Shown here: positions 29,666-38,915 of the stretch, in pieces
Position numbering within the stretch: position 1 is the stretch's first letter
How the letters are laid out: each line of letters starts with the position of its first letter
IMG/VR virus record: IMGVR_UViG_3300021964_000022
Location: 32,001-96,000 of that record
Strand: one strand, 5' to 3'
DNA from: a virus
Length of the DNA stretch: 64,000 nt
Position numbers and translations under genes: made by a program
Notes under the pieces: model-generated
The model's input: only the letters and a program-made list of their open reading frames with translations
What the model was told of the DNA's origin: nothing
Database searches by the model: none

Positions 29666-31130
29666 TTAAAAGCCTTACTAAACGTATAATTTCTTTGTGA
29701 GGTATTGTTCTATAGTTGCTTCGACTGTATTCTGAATCATTTACTACCCGTTGTGCAAGTTCTTTTTGGCTTTGTGGTAACATTTCATATTGTTCTTTAA
29801 TTTTTTCAATATTAAATAGTCCTAACCCGTGCATTACTAAAATATAATGCATCTTATCAAACAATTTGTAGTCACTTGTACTATCAAAGTCTCCGGTAGT
29901 TGGTAATCTATTTTTCCATTGCGTTAAATTTTCTTCTAGGTTAGGAGGAAGAGGAACATTTTTTTGGTCTTTCCAAAAATCACTGTCGTCTCTATCTGTA
30001 ATATAATGTAAAGCAATAAAATCTCTAATGTCATTGAGTATGCTTGTAACTTCTTTATTGTACTTGTTAACAGTAACTTCGTTATAGTTTAAAATTCTGT
30101 CAGTAAGTAAAAAACTTTGTTGAATGCTTGTTCCGATACTAGTTGCCTCGAGAGGTTCTACAAAACTTGCACTTAATCCAATGGCAACACAATTTTTAAT
30201 CCAAGGATTTTTAACTGCACCAGGATCAAAACTAATTTCTTTGCGGACATCAATACCTTCCCCAAGCATTTGCTCAACTTCACGTTGTGCTTCATCGGCA
30301 TTTATATAGTTACTGTCAAAAATATAACCGTTGCCTTTCCTTCCCCAGACAGGTATCCTAAACATCCAACCATATTTCATTGCTTGTGCCAATGTCCACA
30401 TAGGGTAAGTGTCTTCGTCTGGTGTTTGGAATACTATAGCCCGGTTCATTTTTAAATACTTGCTATAACTTTCCCACTCTGCACCTAACGTGTTTAATAA
30501 CATACGTTTGAACCCAGTACAGTCAATAAAAAAGTCTGCTTCGTATGTATTTTCTTTACTGCTTATACTTTTTATACCATTTTCATCAGTAACTACATCT
30601 TCTATTATATCATCTACAATCTTTATACCTATACTCTGTGCTTTTTCATGTAGGTATTCATTTAGCTTTGCGGTATTAAAATGGAATTGAGCAACAGGAA
30701 ACTCTGCAAGTATTTCTTCAACGTCATTTGTCCAAAAAATATTACCAGTCCAACTTTCATCTTCAACTAGATCCTTAGGAGCTCGACCATCGCCGATTAA
30801 TTTACCATAAAGTACAGGGTAATCATGTGCTAGTATATTATAGGCTCCTTCAACTGTTTGTAAATAGTCGTTCTTTGACCAGTCCTTAAACATTATGCCT
30901 GCTTTGAATGTTGCATCACTCTTTGTAAGCATCTCTGCTTTATTGAATCCCATATACTCCATAAATTCTTTCCAATGTTCAGTAGATCCTTCACCTACAC
31001 CTATTGTTCCTATTTTACTAGATTCAACAATTTGGATTGATATACTCGGATAGGCCTTTTTTAAAATAAGTGCGGCAACAAATCCAGCTGTCCCGCCTCC
31101 TACTACACATATATTTTTTGGTAATTTCAA
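29658..31130 (-). CDS. Flavin-dependent tryptophan halogenase-like protein
   Basis: VVGGGTAG, IGVGEGS, ATFKAGI (catalytic-Lys region), FIDCTGF, GWMFRIP and GLS..FVEPLEATSI. The likely start is TTG at 31130, with a GGAG RBS and ATAAATA at 31150-31156. Confidence 0.88.
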   Translation of the reverse strand: MKLPKNICVVGGGTAGFVAALILKKAYPSISIQIVESSKIGTIGVGEGSTEHWKEFMEYMGFNKAEMLTKSDATFKAGIMFKDWSKNDYLQTVEGAYNILAHDYPVLYGKLIGDGRAPKDLVEDESWTGNIFWTNDVEEILAEFPVAQFHFNTAKLNEYLHEKAQSIGIKIVDDIIEDVVTDENGIKSISSKENTYEADFFIDCTGFKRMLLNTLGAEWESYSKYLKMNRAIVFQTPDEDTYPMWTLAQAMKYGWMFRIPVWGRKGNGYIFDSNYINADEAQREVEQMLGEGIDVRKEISFDPGAVKNPWIKNCVAIGLSASFVEPLEATSIGTSIQQSFLLTDRILNYNEVTVNKYNKEVTSILNDIRDFIALHYITDRDDSDFWKDQKNVPLPPNLEENLTQWKNRLPTTGDFDSTSDYKLFDKMHYILVMHGLGLFNIEKIKEQYEMLPQSQKELAQRVVNDSEYSRSNYRTIPHKEIIRLVRLLNG

Positions 31131-31203
31131 GTTATTCTCCGTTGTGTAATATTTATTGGCCTCAGACCTAATAATTGTAGAGTCTGAATCTCGTAAATAC
31201 ATT

Positions 31204-31818
31204 ATGCACAATTTAACCATAGACAGTAGTCCAATAATAGAATGTAATGTTGACAAAATACAAGTACAGGATCATAGTGACATTAAAGATCAACTAATGC
31301 ACATTGTACACGACTTGTATAAGAGCAATGTCAACTATAACACAGCAAATCATAGCAGTGTTTGGTCAAGTCCTAACGGATTACAAAGTATACACAGTTT
31401 TAATCGTATTGCAAGCGGTCCTGAAATACAAACATATGCTAATCTTATGGTTGATCGATATAAAATTAAAAGTAATAGACAGATTGCTATTACAGACATG
31501 TGGATTACTATAATTCCGCCGGGAGGGATGACTGTTCCTAAGAATAGAATTAAAAGTTTAGTAACAGGTATCTATTTTCTTAATGCTCCGGCAGAGAATG
31601 CCAGTATAAATTTTAGAAAACCAATTGATACACACTGGTACGACAAAGTTTATGATCCTTTTAACCGTACTCACTATAATTGTCCTGAAGAATTATTACA
31701 AATGCAAGAAGGATATATGTACTTCTACCCTAGTTACATAGAATCTCATCAAACTACTAATGTGAGTGAGCACGAAAGGGTGTGTATTGAATTTATTTTA
31801 GATTCTGTAGACAAATGA
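31204..31818 (+). CDS. TIGR02466-type 2OG-Fe(II) oxygenase-like protein, apparently lacking the HxH iron ligands
   Basis: MWITIIPPGG...KNR.KS..TGIYF, I.F, FYPSY..SH....N....R..I.F. The likely start is ATG 31204, 4 nt after GTAAATA. Confidence 0.65.
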   Translation: MHNLTIDSSPIIECNVDKIQVQDHSDIKDQLMHIVHDLYKSNVNYNTANHSSVWSSPNGLQSIHSFNRIASGPEIQTYANLMVDRYKIKSNRQIAITDMWITIIPPGGMTVPKNRIKSLVTGIYFLNAPAENASINFRKPIDTHWYDKVYDPFNRTHYNCPEELLQMQEGYMYFYPSYIESHQTTNVSEHERVCIEFILDSVDK

Positions 31819-32249
31819 AACATATAGATAAATTATTTGACGATAATAATCAACATAAGTTTAGTTTTTTGCTATTAGCAAAGGATTTAGTTGATCACGA
31901 CACTATAATTTACTTAGAACATAAATTGAAAGACAAAATAAACGTAGTAAGTATCAAAAGTAGTAAATACAGTCACGATGAGCTACAGTATGCTATTAGT
32001 AGGAGTGATTTTATAGTTACAGGACTAGGAAAAACTTTAGATATTGCAATTAATGAAGATAAAAAAATATTAGTTGATGTGAATTCAAATAAAGTTTCAA
32101 AATCTTATCCTAATACTGTAGATTTTTTTGATCCTTACAGAAATGAAGAAACAAAACCGTTTTATAAAGATAAAGAATTAAAGTTGTTGCTTAAAGAAGT
32201 ATATAACCAACTAGATAGGTACGAAATAGATTATGTCAACTTTATGTAG
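31815..32249 (+). CDS. Hypothetical protein
   Basis: 144-aa ORF overlapping both neighbours. Confidence 0.6.
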   Translation: MKHIDKLFDDNNQHKFSFLLLAKDLVDHDTIIYLEHKLKDKINVVSIKSSKYSHDELQYAISRSDFIVTGLGKTLDIAINEDKKILVDVNSNKVSKSYPNTVDFFDPYRNEETKPFYKDKELKLLLKEVYNQLDRYEIDYVNFM

Positions 32250-33174
32250 TGCATTTTGGAAACATACAAACATAAGACCAGGTGGCCGAGTATATCCGTG
32301 TTGTCGGTTTAAACATCCTATTGGAAAAACTAACGGAGATATCGAAAACGTATTACACAGTCCTGAATACCAAGAACTTCGTGATTTAAGTGCTTCGGGC
32401 GAATATATAAGTGGATGCGAAAAGTGCTATTATGAAGAAAGTATTCAACATAGAAGTTTACGTCAAGAATTTAATGAAAAATACAACACTGATTCAGTCG
32501 GATTAGAATATTTAGAAATAGGTATTGATAATCTTTGCAATCTAACTTGCGACGGATGTAATAGTGAGTTTAGTACTAGTTGGAGAGCTAAAGAAATACG
32601 TGAAAATGGTAAAGCAAAATATGATTATATGACTATTGACACTATTACTAGTATTCCTAGTACTGTAAATAAAATTTTATTCCTAGGTGGCGAGCCATTA
32701 AGTACAACACGACATTTAGAATTACTAAAATTAGTAAAGGATCCGAAAAAAGTTGATGTTGTATACAATACTAACGCAATGTATATGCCTAATAGTGAAT
32801 TGGAAGTAATTTGGAAGTTATTTAAATCAGTTATGTTTATTGTAAGTATTGACGGAGTAGGTAAGGTTGCTGAAAAAGTAAGATCAGGAACAGTATGGAC
32901 TAAAGTAAGACGATTTATAGATTATGTAGTTAATAAAAACTATAAATTAGAATTTAATACTGTTATGCACTTAAATAACTATCAGGATATTGAAAATATT
33001 ACAGAGTATGTACGTAAATTTAATGCTGACTGGTATATCAATGTACTTACATATCCAGAATTGTTGGATATTAAGAATTTACCAATTGCTGAGAAAGAAA
33101 TTATTAAGAAAAAAGCAGTAGATTTGGATTTACCAACTAAAGACTTTATTGTTAATCATTTGAATACCAACTAA
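32233..33174 (+). CDS. Radical SAM protein with N-terminal SPASM/twitch-like Cys cluster
   Basis: C..FW.H..I.P.G.V.PCC...C.KCY..E; CNLTCDGC (CxxxCxxC), LGGEP, YNTN and VSIDG. Confidence 0.88.
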   Translation: MSTLCSAFWKHTNIRPGGRVYPCCRFKHPIGKTNGDIENVLHSPEYQELRDLSASGEYISGCEKCYYEESIQHRSLRQEFNEKYNTDSVGLEYLEIGIDNLCNLTCDGCNSEFSTSWRAKEIRENGKAKYDYMTIDTITSIPSTVNKILFLGGEPLSTTRHLELLKLVKDPKKVDVVYNTNAMYMPNSELEVIWKLFKSVMFIVSIDGVGKVAEKVRSGTVWTKVRRFIDYVVNKNYKLEFNTVMHLNNYQDIENITEYVRKFNADWYINVLTYPELLDIKNLPIAEKEIIKKKAVDLDLPTKDFIVNHLNTN

Positions 33175-34339
33175 TTAAATCATTTGCTAGTTTATTAGGT
33201 GCTGGCATGCTGTTTATTACTTTATATGTTTGATAATTATGATGTAATATAGGCATTAGATCATTATATATATTTTTTAGTTCGTTTATATTATATGAAT
33301 TTAATTTATCTATTTCTTTTAGACACATCGACAAACGTTTTTCGTCATCAACTTCATTATCATAGCTTTCATCAATAATAGAACTAAATGTTATAAATCC
33401 TAAATTTTGTAGTAAGCTAAGTGTTCCAGGTAGACCAATTATTACAAAAGGATGCCCATAAAGGAAACACTTTAATACTTTTTCAGTAAACATTTGTCGT
33501 TGTTCGCCTCTAGAAAAATCACCTTCAGTTATAATACTAAAGTAACTTTGTTGGAAATAATTTTCAAGTGTTGGCATATTAACTTTAATTGCATGATGCT
33601 GACTTTCCTCTACATCTAGCTGTAACGGTAAGCAAGACAATCTATCCTTTTGTTCTTGTGTAAGTTCTAATTTATCAAGATCAGGATCAAGAAATCGTCT
33701 TAGATTTTTTTCATCTTCAGACCATTGTTTCTTTGAATTGTTTATAAGAGCTTTATATTCTCCTAACATACAACTTAAGAAAGTATGTTTTGCTATGTCA
33801 TTTTTCAATAAATGATCAACTGTAAGTATTCTATGATATCTTTCTTGTCTGTTAACACACATAAACTTTTTATCTCGTAATTGTGCGTTAACTGCCCATT
33901 CGTGTTCTTGTATATCTATATTATCGTAACTATTAAGATGAAGATGTATATTAAAATATTGAAAGTTATCTGAATGCCCAAATACTTGTTTACATATGTC
34001 ATTCATTTTCATATTACTAGATAATATTCTCCAATGCTTTACACATTTACTTTGCGTAAGTGCATCTTTAAACATTTGCATAAACTCTTTGTCTGCTAGT
34101 CCTTCATAACTATCATCTAATATTAAAAATAATTCACTATCTTTAAAACGTTCTAACATTAATGGCATTTGTTGTAGCATATATGCGTTATTGCCCACAA
34201 ATTCAAAGAACAATATCATTTTAGGATGTACAACAAAGTTTTCTTGGTCGATATCAAAGCCTAGTATGCCTTCATATTTGTTTACAAGTGTTTCGTATGT
34301 TCGTGCGCCGCCCTGTAAGAAAGCTGATGGTATTTTCAT
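33152..34339 (-). CDS. Hypothetical protein, possibly glycosyltransferase-related
   Basis: KKF.C.NR..R.HR, SYFSIITE, FTEK.LK.....HPF..IG, L..LGF.TF..IIDESYD; the TEK motif recalls the GT10 family. Confidence 0.5.
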   Translation of the reverse strand: MKIPSAFLQGGARTYETLVNKYEGILGFDIDQENFVVHPKMILFFEFVGNNAYMLQQMPLMLERFKDSELFLILDDSYEGLADKEFMQMFKDALTQSKCVKHWRILSSNMKMNDICKQVFGHSDNFQYFNIHLHLNSYDNIDIQEHEWAVNAQLRDKKFMCVNRQERYHRILTVDHLLKNDIAKHTFLSCMLGEYKALINNSKKQWSEDEKNLRRFLDPDLDKLELTQEQKDRLSCLPLQLDVEESQHHAIKVNMPTLENYFQQSYFSIITEGDFSRGEQRQMFTEKVLKCFLYGHPFVIIGLPGTLSLLQNLGFITFSSIIDESYDNEVDDEKRLSMCLKEIDKLNSYNINELKNIYNDLMPILHHNYQTYKVINSMPAPNKLANDLISWYSND

Positions 34340-35208
34340 AATTTTTCTACTCTGTGTTTTACTATTGCATCTTGTTGTGGCTTTAGTTGAGGGTTAGCTG
34401 GGCACATTGCACAAATAGAATTTGGTTTTCGTATATTATCTATAAACTCTTCTAATTGTGTTTCTTCAAAGTCTATTCCTAGACCTTTATATTTTAAATA
34501 AGGTGCCCAGTCGTCATCACCTAATTGAAAACTTTTTGTTAAATGTGTTTCTAACATACTAATCGGAGGACATTTGTACAAACGATTTTTATATATTATA
34601 GGATATACATTTGCCATACAATTAGCATAGCTTTCATCTGGTTTATTATCTGTCCAAGGTTTAAGTATTCCGTTTATATTTTGTCTATAATCATACCAGC
34701 CACCGTCTGTAGGATCAGTAGTTTCAAACGTAACATCTTTATATTTCCAAATGTTTGGTGCTGTTTGATAAAATCCGTAATGTTTAAAAATATATTTCTT
34801 AATATTACGATCAATAATATTTCTTATTTCAGGATCTTTATTATGATATGTTAAACTAACTTTAGCATTACCTAACTCTAATAATAATTCTATTAGCTTA
34901 GGTCTTTTTGGAAACAATAATCCATTTGTGTATATTTCAATAGTTGCATGATCAAAGTGTTTACGTGTACTACGAATAATATCGTAAATGTAAGGGTGTA
35001 ATAAAGGCTCTCCACCTATAAGTGTGAAGTTATCTGGGTCTAAATGTTTAGACCAAAAGGACATATTCTTATCGATATCATCATAACTTTCTGTCCAGTT
35101 ATGATTATAATCAATAAAACGATCACAACCAGGGCAAGCTAAGTCGCAACTGGTTGTGATCATCCATTCTAAAAATGGAAGCCAATGTCCTCTGTTATTA
35201 TCACGCAT
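34336..35208 (-). CDS. Radical SAM protein
   Basis: CDLACPGC, IGGEPLLHP and YTNG; C-terminal C...LYKCP...C.MCP auxiliary cysteines. Confidence 0.88.
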   Translation of the reverse strand: MRDNNRGHWLPFLEWMITTSCDLACPGCDRFIDYNHNWTESYDDIDKNMSFWSKHLDPDNFTLIGGEPLLHPYIYDIIRSTRKHFDHATIEIYTNGLLFPKRPKLIELLLELGNAKVSLTYHNKDPEIRNIIDRNIKKYIFKHYGFYQTAPNIWKYKDVTFETTDPTDGGWYDYRQNINGILKPWTDNKPDESYANCMANVYPIIYKNRLYKCPPISMLETHLTKSFQLGDDDWAPYLKYKGLGIDFEETQLEEFIDNIRKPNSICAMCPANPQLKPQQDAIVKHRVEKL

Positions 35209-36269
35209 TAATTAAAGTAATCTTCTCGTGTTCCTTTACGTTTAGTATCTAACGTAACACAATGAAAACCGCCTGACAAAGTACGTGCTTGACGCATAGG
35301 TAATCCGATTGATTCAATACCATGCTGGTCTAATACTTTACGAAGTTCGTGTTGGTTCTCATCACAAATAACAAGTTCCTCATTAACACTCATAAAGTTT
35401 AAGCCAATGTACTTACTGCAAGGTGATACACCATTTGCTAAATTAGTACCAATGTCGTGTACTTTGTCACCTGGGAAGAAAATCTTATCCCATGATTCAA
35501 AGATAGGTGGGTACCAATCTTCGTTGATTCTGTCACCATTAAACAATACAAGTCCAGGACGTAGTGGAATAACTGTACTATCAAAATGTGAATAACTATA
35601 AAACTTTTCAGCAAGATGAATACGGTATCCTAAAGGTTCAAGGATAGTTTTTAACCACTGTCCGCCTAATAATGTACCTGAATTACTTACTTGATACAAC
35701 AAATCATTACCTAAACGTACTACATTAGGTGCATCAAATACAATTTCTTTGTTTACAAGTGTAGGAATACTTAGATCTTCAAGTTGATAAATGTCATCAA
35801 GCAATTTAGGACGTGGCGCACTAATCCATTGTGAACCGCCTTCCATTGCTTCGTACAAAAACTCTCTGTATGCTGTTGTTTCATACTGTCTTGCTCTCAT
35901 AGCACCCGGACAATCAATAATAACATTATCTAAAGGCAGTAATAAGTCTCTTGGACAATATGTATACCAACCTGTAGTTTTCCAATCTGGTGATCCAAAC
36001 TCCACGCTGTGATCAATTGATTCAGGGCGTCTTACCTTTACACCTAAGTCTGTTAATACTTTTGCAAAACCGTCAAGGTCTTCATTTGCTTCGTCAATAA
36101 CCCATTTAGGACTAGGACCTTCTAAGTCTTTGATATGTTCATATTTGCAATCTGCAAAACCAAAACTGTGTGTTGATTTATCTACTGTTGGAATACGTGC
36201 ATGATCTGCAATTCCTACAAACACTTCTTCTAGTGGATCCCAGTCATTGTGACTGCTTACTATTGTCAT
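35208..36269 (-). CDS. Amidinotransferase (Gly/inosamine-phosphate amidinotransferase family)
   Basis: SHN.WDPLEEV.VG, GV.VRRP, CPRD, FDA.N..R.G.D, HFDST..PLRPG and GGFHCVTLD (catalytic Cys). Confidence 0.92.
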   Translation of the reverse strand: MTIVSSHNDWDPLEEVFVGIADHARIPTVDKSTHSFGFADCKYEHIKDLEGPSPKWVIDEANEDLDGFAKVLTDLGVKVRRPESIDHSVEFGSPDWKTTGWYTYCPRDLLLPLDNVIIDCPGAMRARQYETTAYREFLYEAMEGGSQWISAPRPKLLDDIYQLEDLSIPTLVNKEIVFDAPNVVRLGNDLLYQVSNSGTLLGGQWLKTILEPLGYRIHLAEKFYSYSHFDSTVIPLRPGLVLFNGDRINEDWYPPIFESWDKIFFPGDKVHDIGTNLANGVSPCSKYIGLNFMSVNEELVICDENQHELRKVLDQHGIESIGLPMRQARTLSGGFHCVTLDTKRKGTREDYFN

Positions 36270-36823
36270 TTGTTCTCCTTTGTCTTCATTGTTATGTTTA
36301 TTACTATTCTTCTATAATTATTGAATGGGTTAGTGCTACTATGTAATTTATTACTTGGAAAAAATACTGCATTACCTTGTTCAAAAATACTTTGATCTAT
36401 TTGGTTTAATTTATTATCAAACATTACAGTTGGACCATCGCTTTTGTTTACATAATAAACTAAACTTGTCCATTCATCATCATGTACGTCAATATGTGGT
36501 GTATTGTAACTGTTTGATGTTGTTGTATCTTGAAATAACATATTTGCTTTTATTCTGCCAAGTTCGCACACTTGAAGTTTTTTATGATATTCAAAAAAAT
36601 GTATTAATGGTCTTACTCCTTCCCATAAATGACTTACAGGCTGTCCTTGATCGTAAAGTAAATGTACAAACTGATGACTGTCTTCAATACCATCTACTTT
36701 GTTTACTTCTTGATAATTTACAGTACTAGGTGTATATATCCATGATACTTTGTCGCCTGTAAATATGTTGTCTAGTTCGTTTACTAATGTTACAGGTAGC
36801 CAGTTTTGTAATTTGTTAAACAT
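36266..36823 (-). CDS. 2OG-Fe(II) oxygenase
   Basis: RIKAN, TPHID, YYVN.SDG.T, F.....HSSTNP and R.VININ. Confidence 0.8.
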   Translation of the reverse strand: MFNKLQNWLPVTLVNELDNIFTGDKVSWIYTPSTVNYQEVNKVDGIEDSHQFVHLLYDQGQPVSHLWEGVRPLIHFFEYHKKLQVCELGRIKANMLFQDTTTSNSYNTPHIDVHDDEWTSLVYYVNKSDGPTVMFDNKLNQIDQSIFEQGNAVFFPSNKLHSSTNPFNNYRRIVINITMKTKENK

Positions 36824-37679
36824 TTATTTTTTGTCCTATAAGGTCTGAAACAGTTACCCTATTGTACTTTCCGCCTCTATTGTTTTCTGCATATTCTTCG
36901 CCGCCTTGTCCAAACATAATACAATCTGTTTCTTCTAAATTGTTTTCTGCACAAACTTGCATATATACATTGCCGTAAGTATTCCAATTATGGTCTATAC
37001 TAAAGTTTTGTACTAGATTGTTAGCAATACTTAACGGTATTCTATTAATCATTTCAACAGAATTGAATACGTCAATACCGTCGTCTTCATCTTTACGCTG
37101 TAAACGCATACCTACACGCAAAAATTCACAACCGTAAAATGCCTTTGAAATTGAAAATGTAATCGTCTCTACTGCACTAAATTTTTTTAAGTTTAAGTTA
37201 ATATTTTTTGTACACGGAAAGTATGCAAAATCTAATAGTACAGGTATATCCATTCCAGCACAATTATATAAAATGTTCTCCATTGGTAGTTGTATACCTG
37301 CATCGCTAAACGGAACACTAATAATAACAGCATCGTTATTATCTAGTTTACTATCTTCTATGTAAGCCCAATCAAAACCATGCTTTAAACAAGCACTGTG
37401 GTACATAAATTCGCCCTTATAAAATCTAAAGCGTTTGGCCTTGTGTTTTAGATAAAAATGGTCAAATGCTTGTGCTGTGCCGCATACAAGACGTTTACTA
37501 GGAAATAGATCTAATCCTTGTAAGTTGTTTAACTTACTACTGTTAATCCAATTATAAAAGTTTTCAGTAAACTCTTGTGGTAAACTGTCATTGTATAGCT
37601 CTGAGCTACAATCTAAATTGCTAATATAATGTTTAAAGTAGTAGTCTACTACAGGTTTAGCGCCTCGTAAATTCATCAT
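36816..37679 (-). CDS. PLP-dependent aminotransferase-fold protein
   Basis: G..QAFD, GEF.YH, IS.PFS..G, LLDFAY and FSISKAFY...LRVG (Schiff-base Lys). Confidence 0.65.
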   Translation of the reverse strand: MMNLRGAKPVVDYYFKHYISNLDCSSELYNDSLPQEFTENFYNWINSSKLNNLQGLDLFPSKRLVCGTAQAFDHFYLKHKAKRFRFYKGEFMYHSACLKHGFDWAYIEDSKLDNNDAVIISVPFSDAGIQLPMENILYNCAGMDIPVLLDFAYFPCTKNINLNLKKFSAVETITFSISKAFYGCEFLRVGMRLQRKDEDDGIDVFNSVEMINRIPLSIANNLVQNFSIDHNWNTYGNVYMQVCAENNLEETDCIMFGQGGEEYAENNRGGKYNRVTVSDLIGQKINV

Positions 37680-38175
37680 AAACTCCAGTTACTTGCATAG
37701 TATACTTTGTGGTCATACCCATATTTCCACTCAAATGCAGTTGATTTCTTCTTATTATTATAGCATCACCACGCTTCCAATGCAAGAAACTTTTTTCATT
37801 TATTTCAAAATAATGTCCACTTTTCCAATCTTCTAAAAAAATATTAACCCTACAACACTTGTACGGGTCGATATTATTTTTATTTGCAAATTGAAAATAA
37901 GTATCTTCGTGATTTGGTAATGTTTGACCTGGAGGTTGTTTCATTATTCCTACGCTATATCTAGGAAATAATGTTTTGCAGAAATTATGTATTTCTTCAG
38001 TAACTTCAAATGCACGATAGTACATACTATTGTCAGTATGATATCCTGCATCAATGTATTTTAAATTTTGTTGTTCAAACTCGTCTGTACGATCTGATAT
38101 AGTTACATTATCTTCATGCACCCATTTAAGATTCTTATAATCAAAGTCTGGTAATTGTAAGTTTATTTTTCCCAT
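37657..38175 (-). CDS. Cupin/2OG-Fe(II) oxygenase-like protein
   Basis: PGQTLPNHED, R..IFLEDWKSGHY, W..GD and HLSGN.G...KYTMQVTG. Confidence 0.65.
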   Translation of the reverse strand: MGKINLQLPDFDYKNLKWVHEDNVTISDRTDEFEQQNLKYIDAGYHTDNSMYYRAFEVTEEIHNFCKTLFPRYSVGIMKQPPGQTLPNHEDTYFQFANKNNIDPYKCCRVNIFLEDWKSGHYFEINEKSFLHWKRGDAIIIRRNQLHLSGNMGMTTKYTMQVTGVYDEFTRR

Positions 38176-38915
38176 GGCTTATCGTATGGAACCTTTTCTT
38201 TATCGTCAAACCAGTATAAACTTCTATGTGGTGGAAATTTATCATCATGTTTAGCGTTACTAACATAGTAAAATAGACGAAGATTTTTTCTACTATGATT
38301 TTGTGGTAACTTCATTGGTTCGGGGTATCCATGATATGCTAAATTATTATAACTCCATACTACTAAGTTACCTGCGTCTGGTACAACTCGACTTACAACT
38401 GTTTTTCTATCAGTGTCATAAAAGTCTAAATTGCCTCCCCAACTTTCTTGCCATTTAGGATTTAAGTAAATTATAACACTTAAACGTCTATGCAATCTAA
38501 GTTGCTCATTCCAATTAAAATCTGTGTGTACTTTTAAACTATCACCTGTAAATGCTTTGCAATATCCTGCTCCTACTAAATGGGGATCGGGTATTAAATC
38601 AACAGTGTCGGTTATTTCTTGTAACCATTTTAAAAATGTTGCTCCGTGTAATGCACTTACAACAGCATCTTGAATAGGCGTATTATCAACATTATTATAT
38701 TCATACATACGACTACCTTTACGTGTAAATTTTTTACAATCCTCTAAAGGAATTTCGTCTAGTTCTTTAGCCATATTTTGTACAAGATCTATAGGTAAAA
38801 AGTTTTTTATTTCTAGTTTACTATATCCTGGATGACTTCTATATTCTTGTTGTAAAGAAAACGTGTCGGAGAAGTTATCTTGGATATGATCCAATATCTG
38901 CTTCTTAATGGTCAT
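38163..38915 (-). CDS. 2OG-Fe(II) oxygenase (prolyl hydroxylase-like)
   Basis: L.PDPHL.GAG, L.VHTDFN, IYLN..W...WGG.L, YHG.P and RK....FYY. Confidence 0.88.
   Translation of the reverse strand: MTIKKQILDHIQDNFSDTFSLQQEYRSHPGYSKLEIKNFLPIDLVQNMAKELDEIPLEDCKKFTRKGSRMYEYNNVDNTPIQDAVVSALHGATFLKWLQEITDTVDLIPDPHLVGAGYCKAFTGDSLKVHTDFNWNEQLRLHRRLSVIIYLNPKWQESWGGNLDFYDTDRKTVVSRVVPDAGNLVVWSYNNLAYHGYPEPMKLPQNHSRKNLRLFYYVSNAKHDDKFPPHRSLYWFDDKEKVPYDKPWEK

Noticed and set aside
2143-31256. ORF-track N-terminal extensions (terL to 2199, gp13 to 12897, gp14 from 12854, halogenase to 31256, oxygenase from 31156)
   Set aside because: They overlap neighbouring genes or run through the promoter motifs. Internal starts fit the RBS and promoter positions better.
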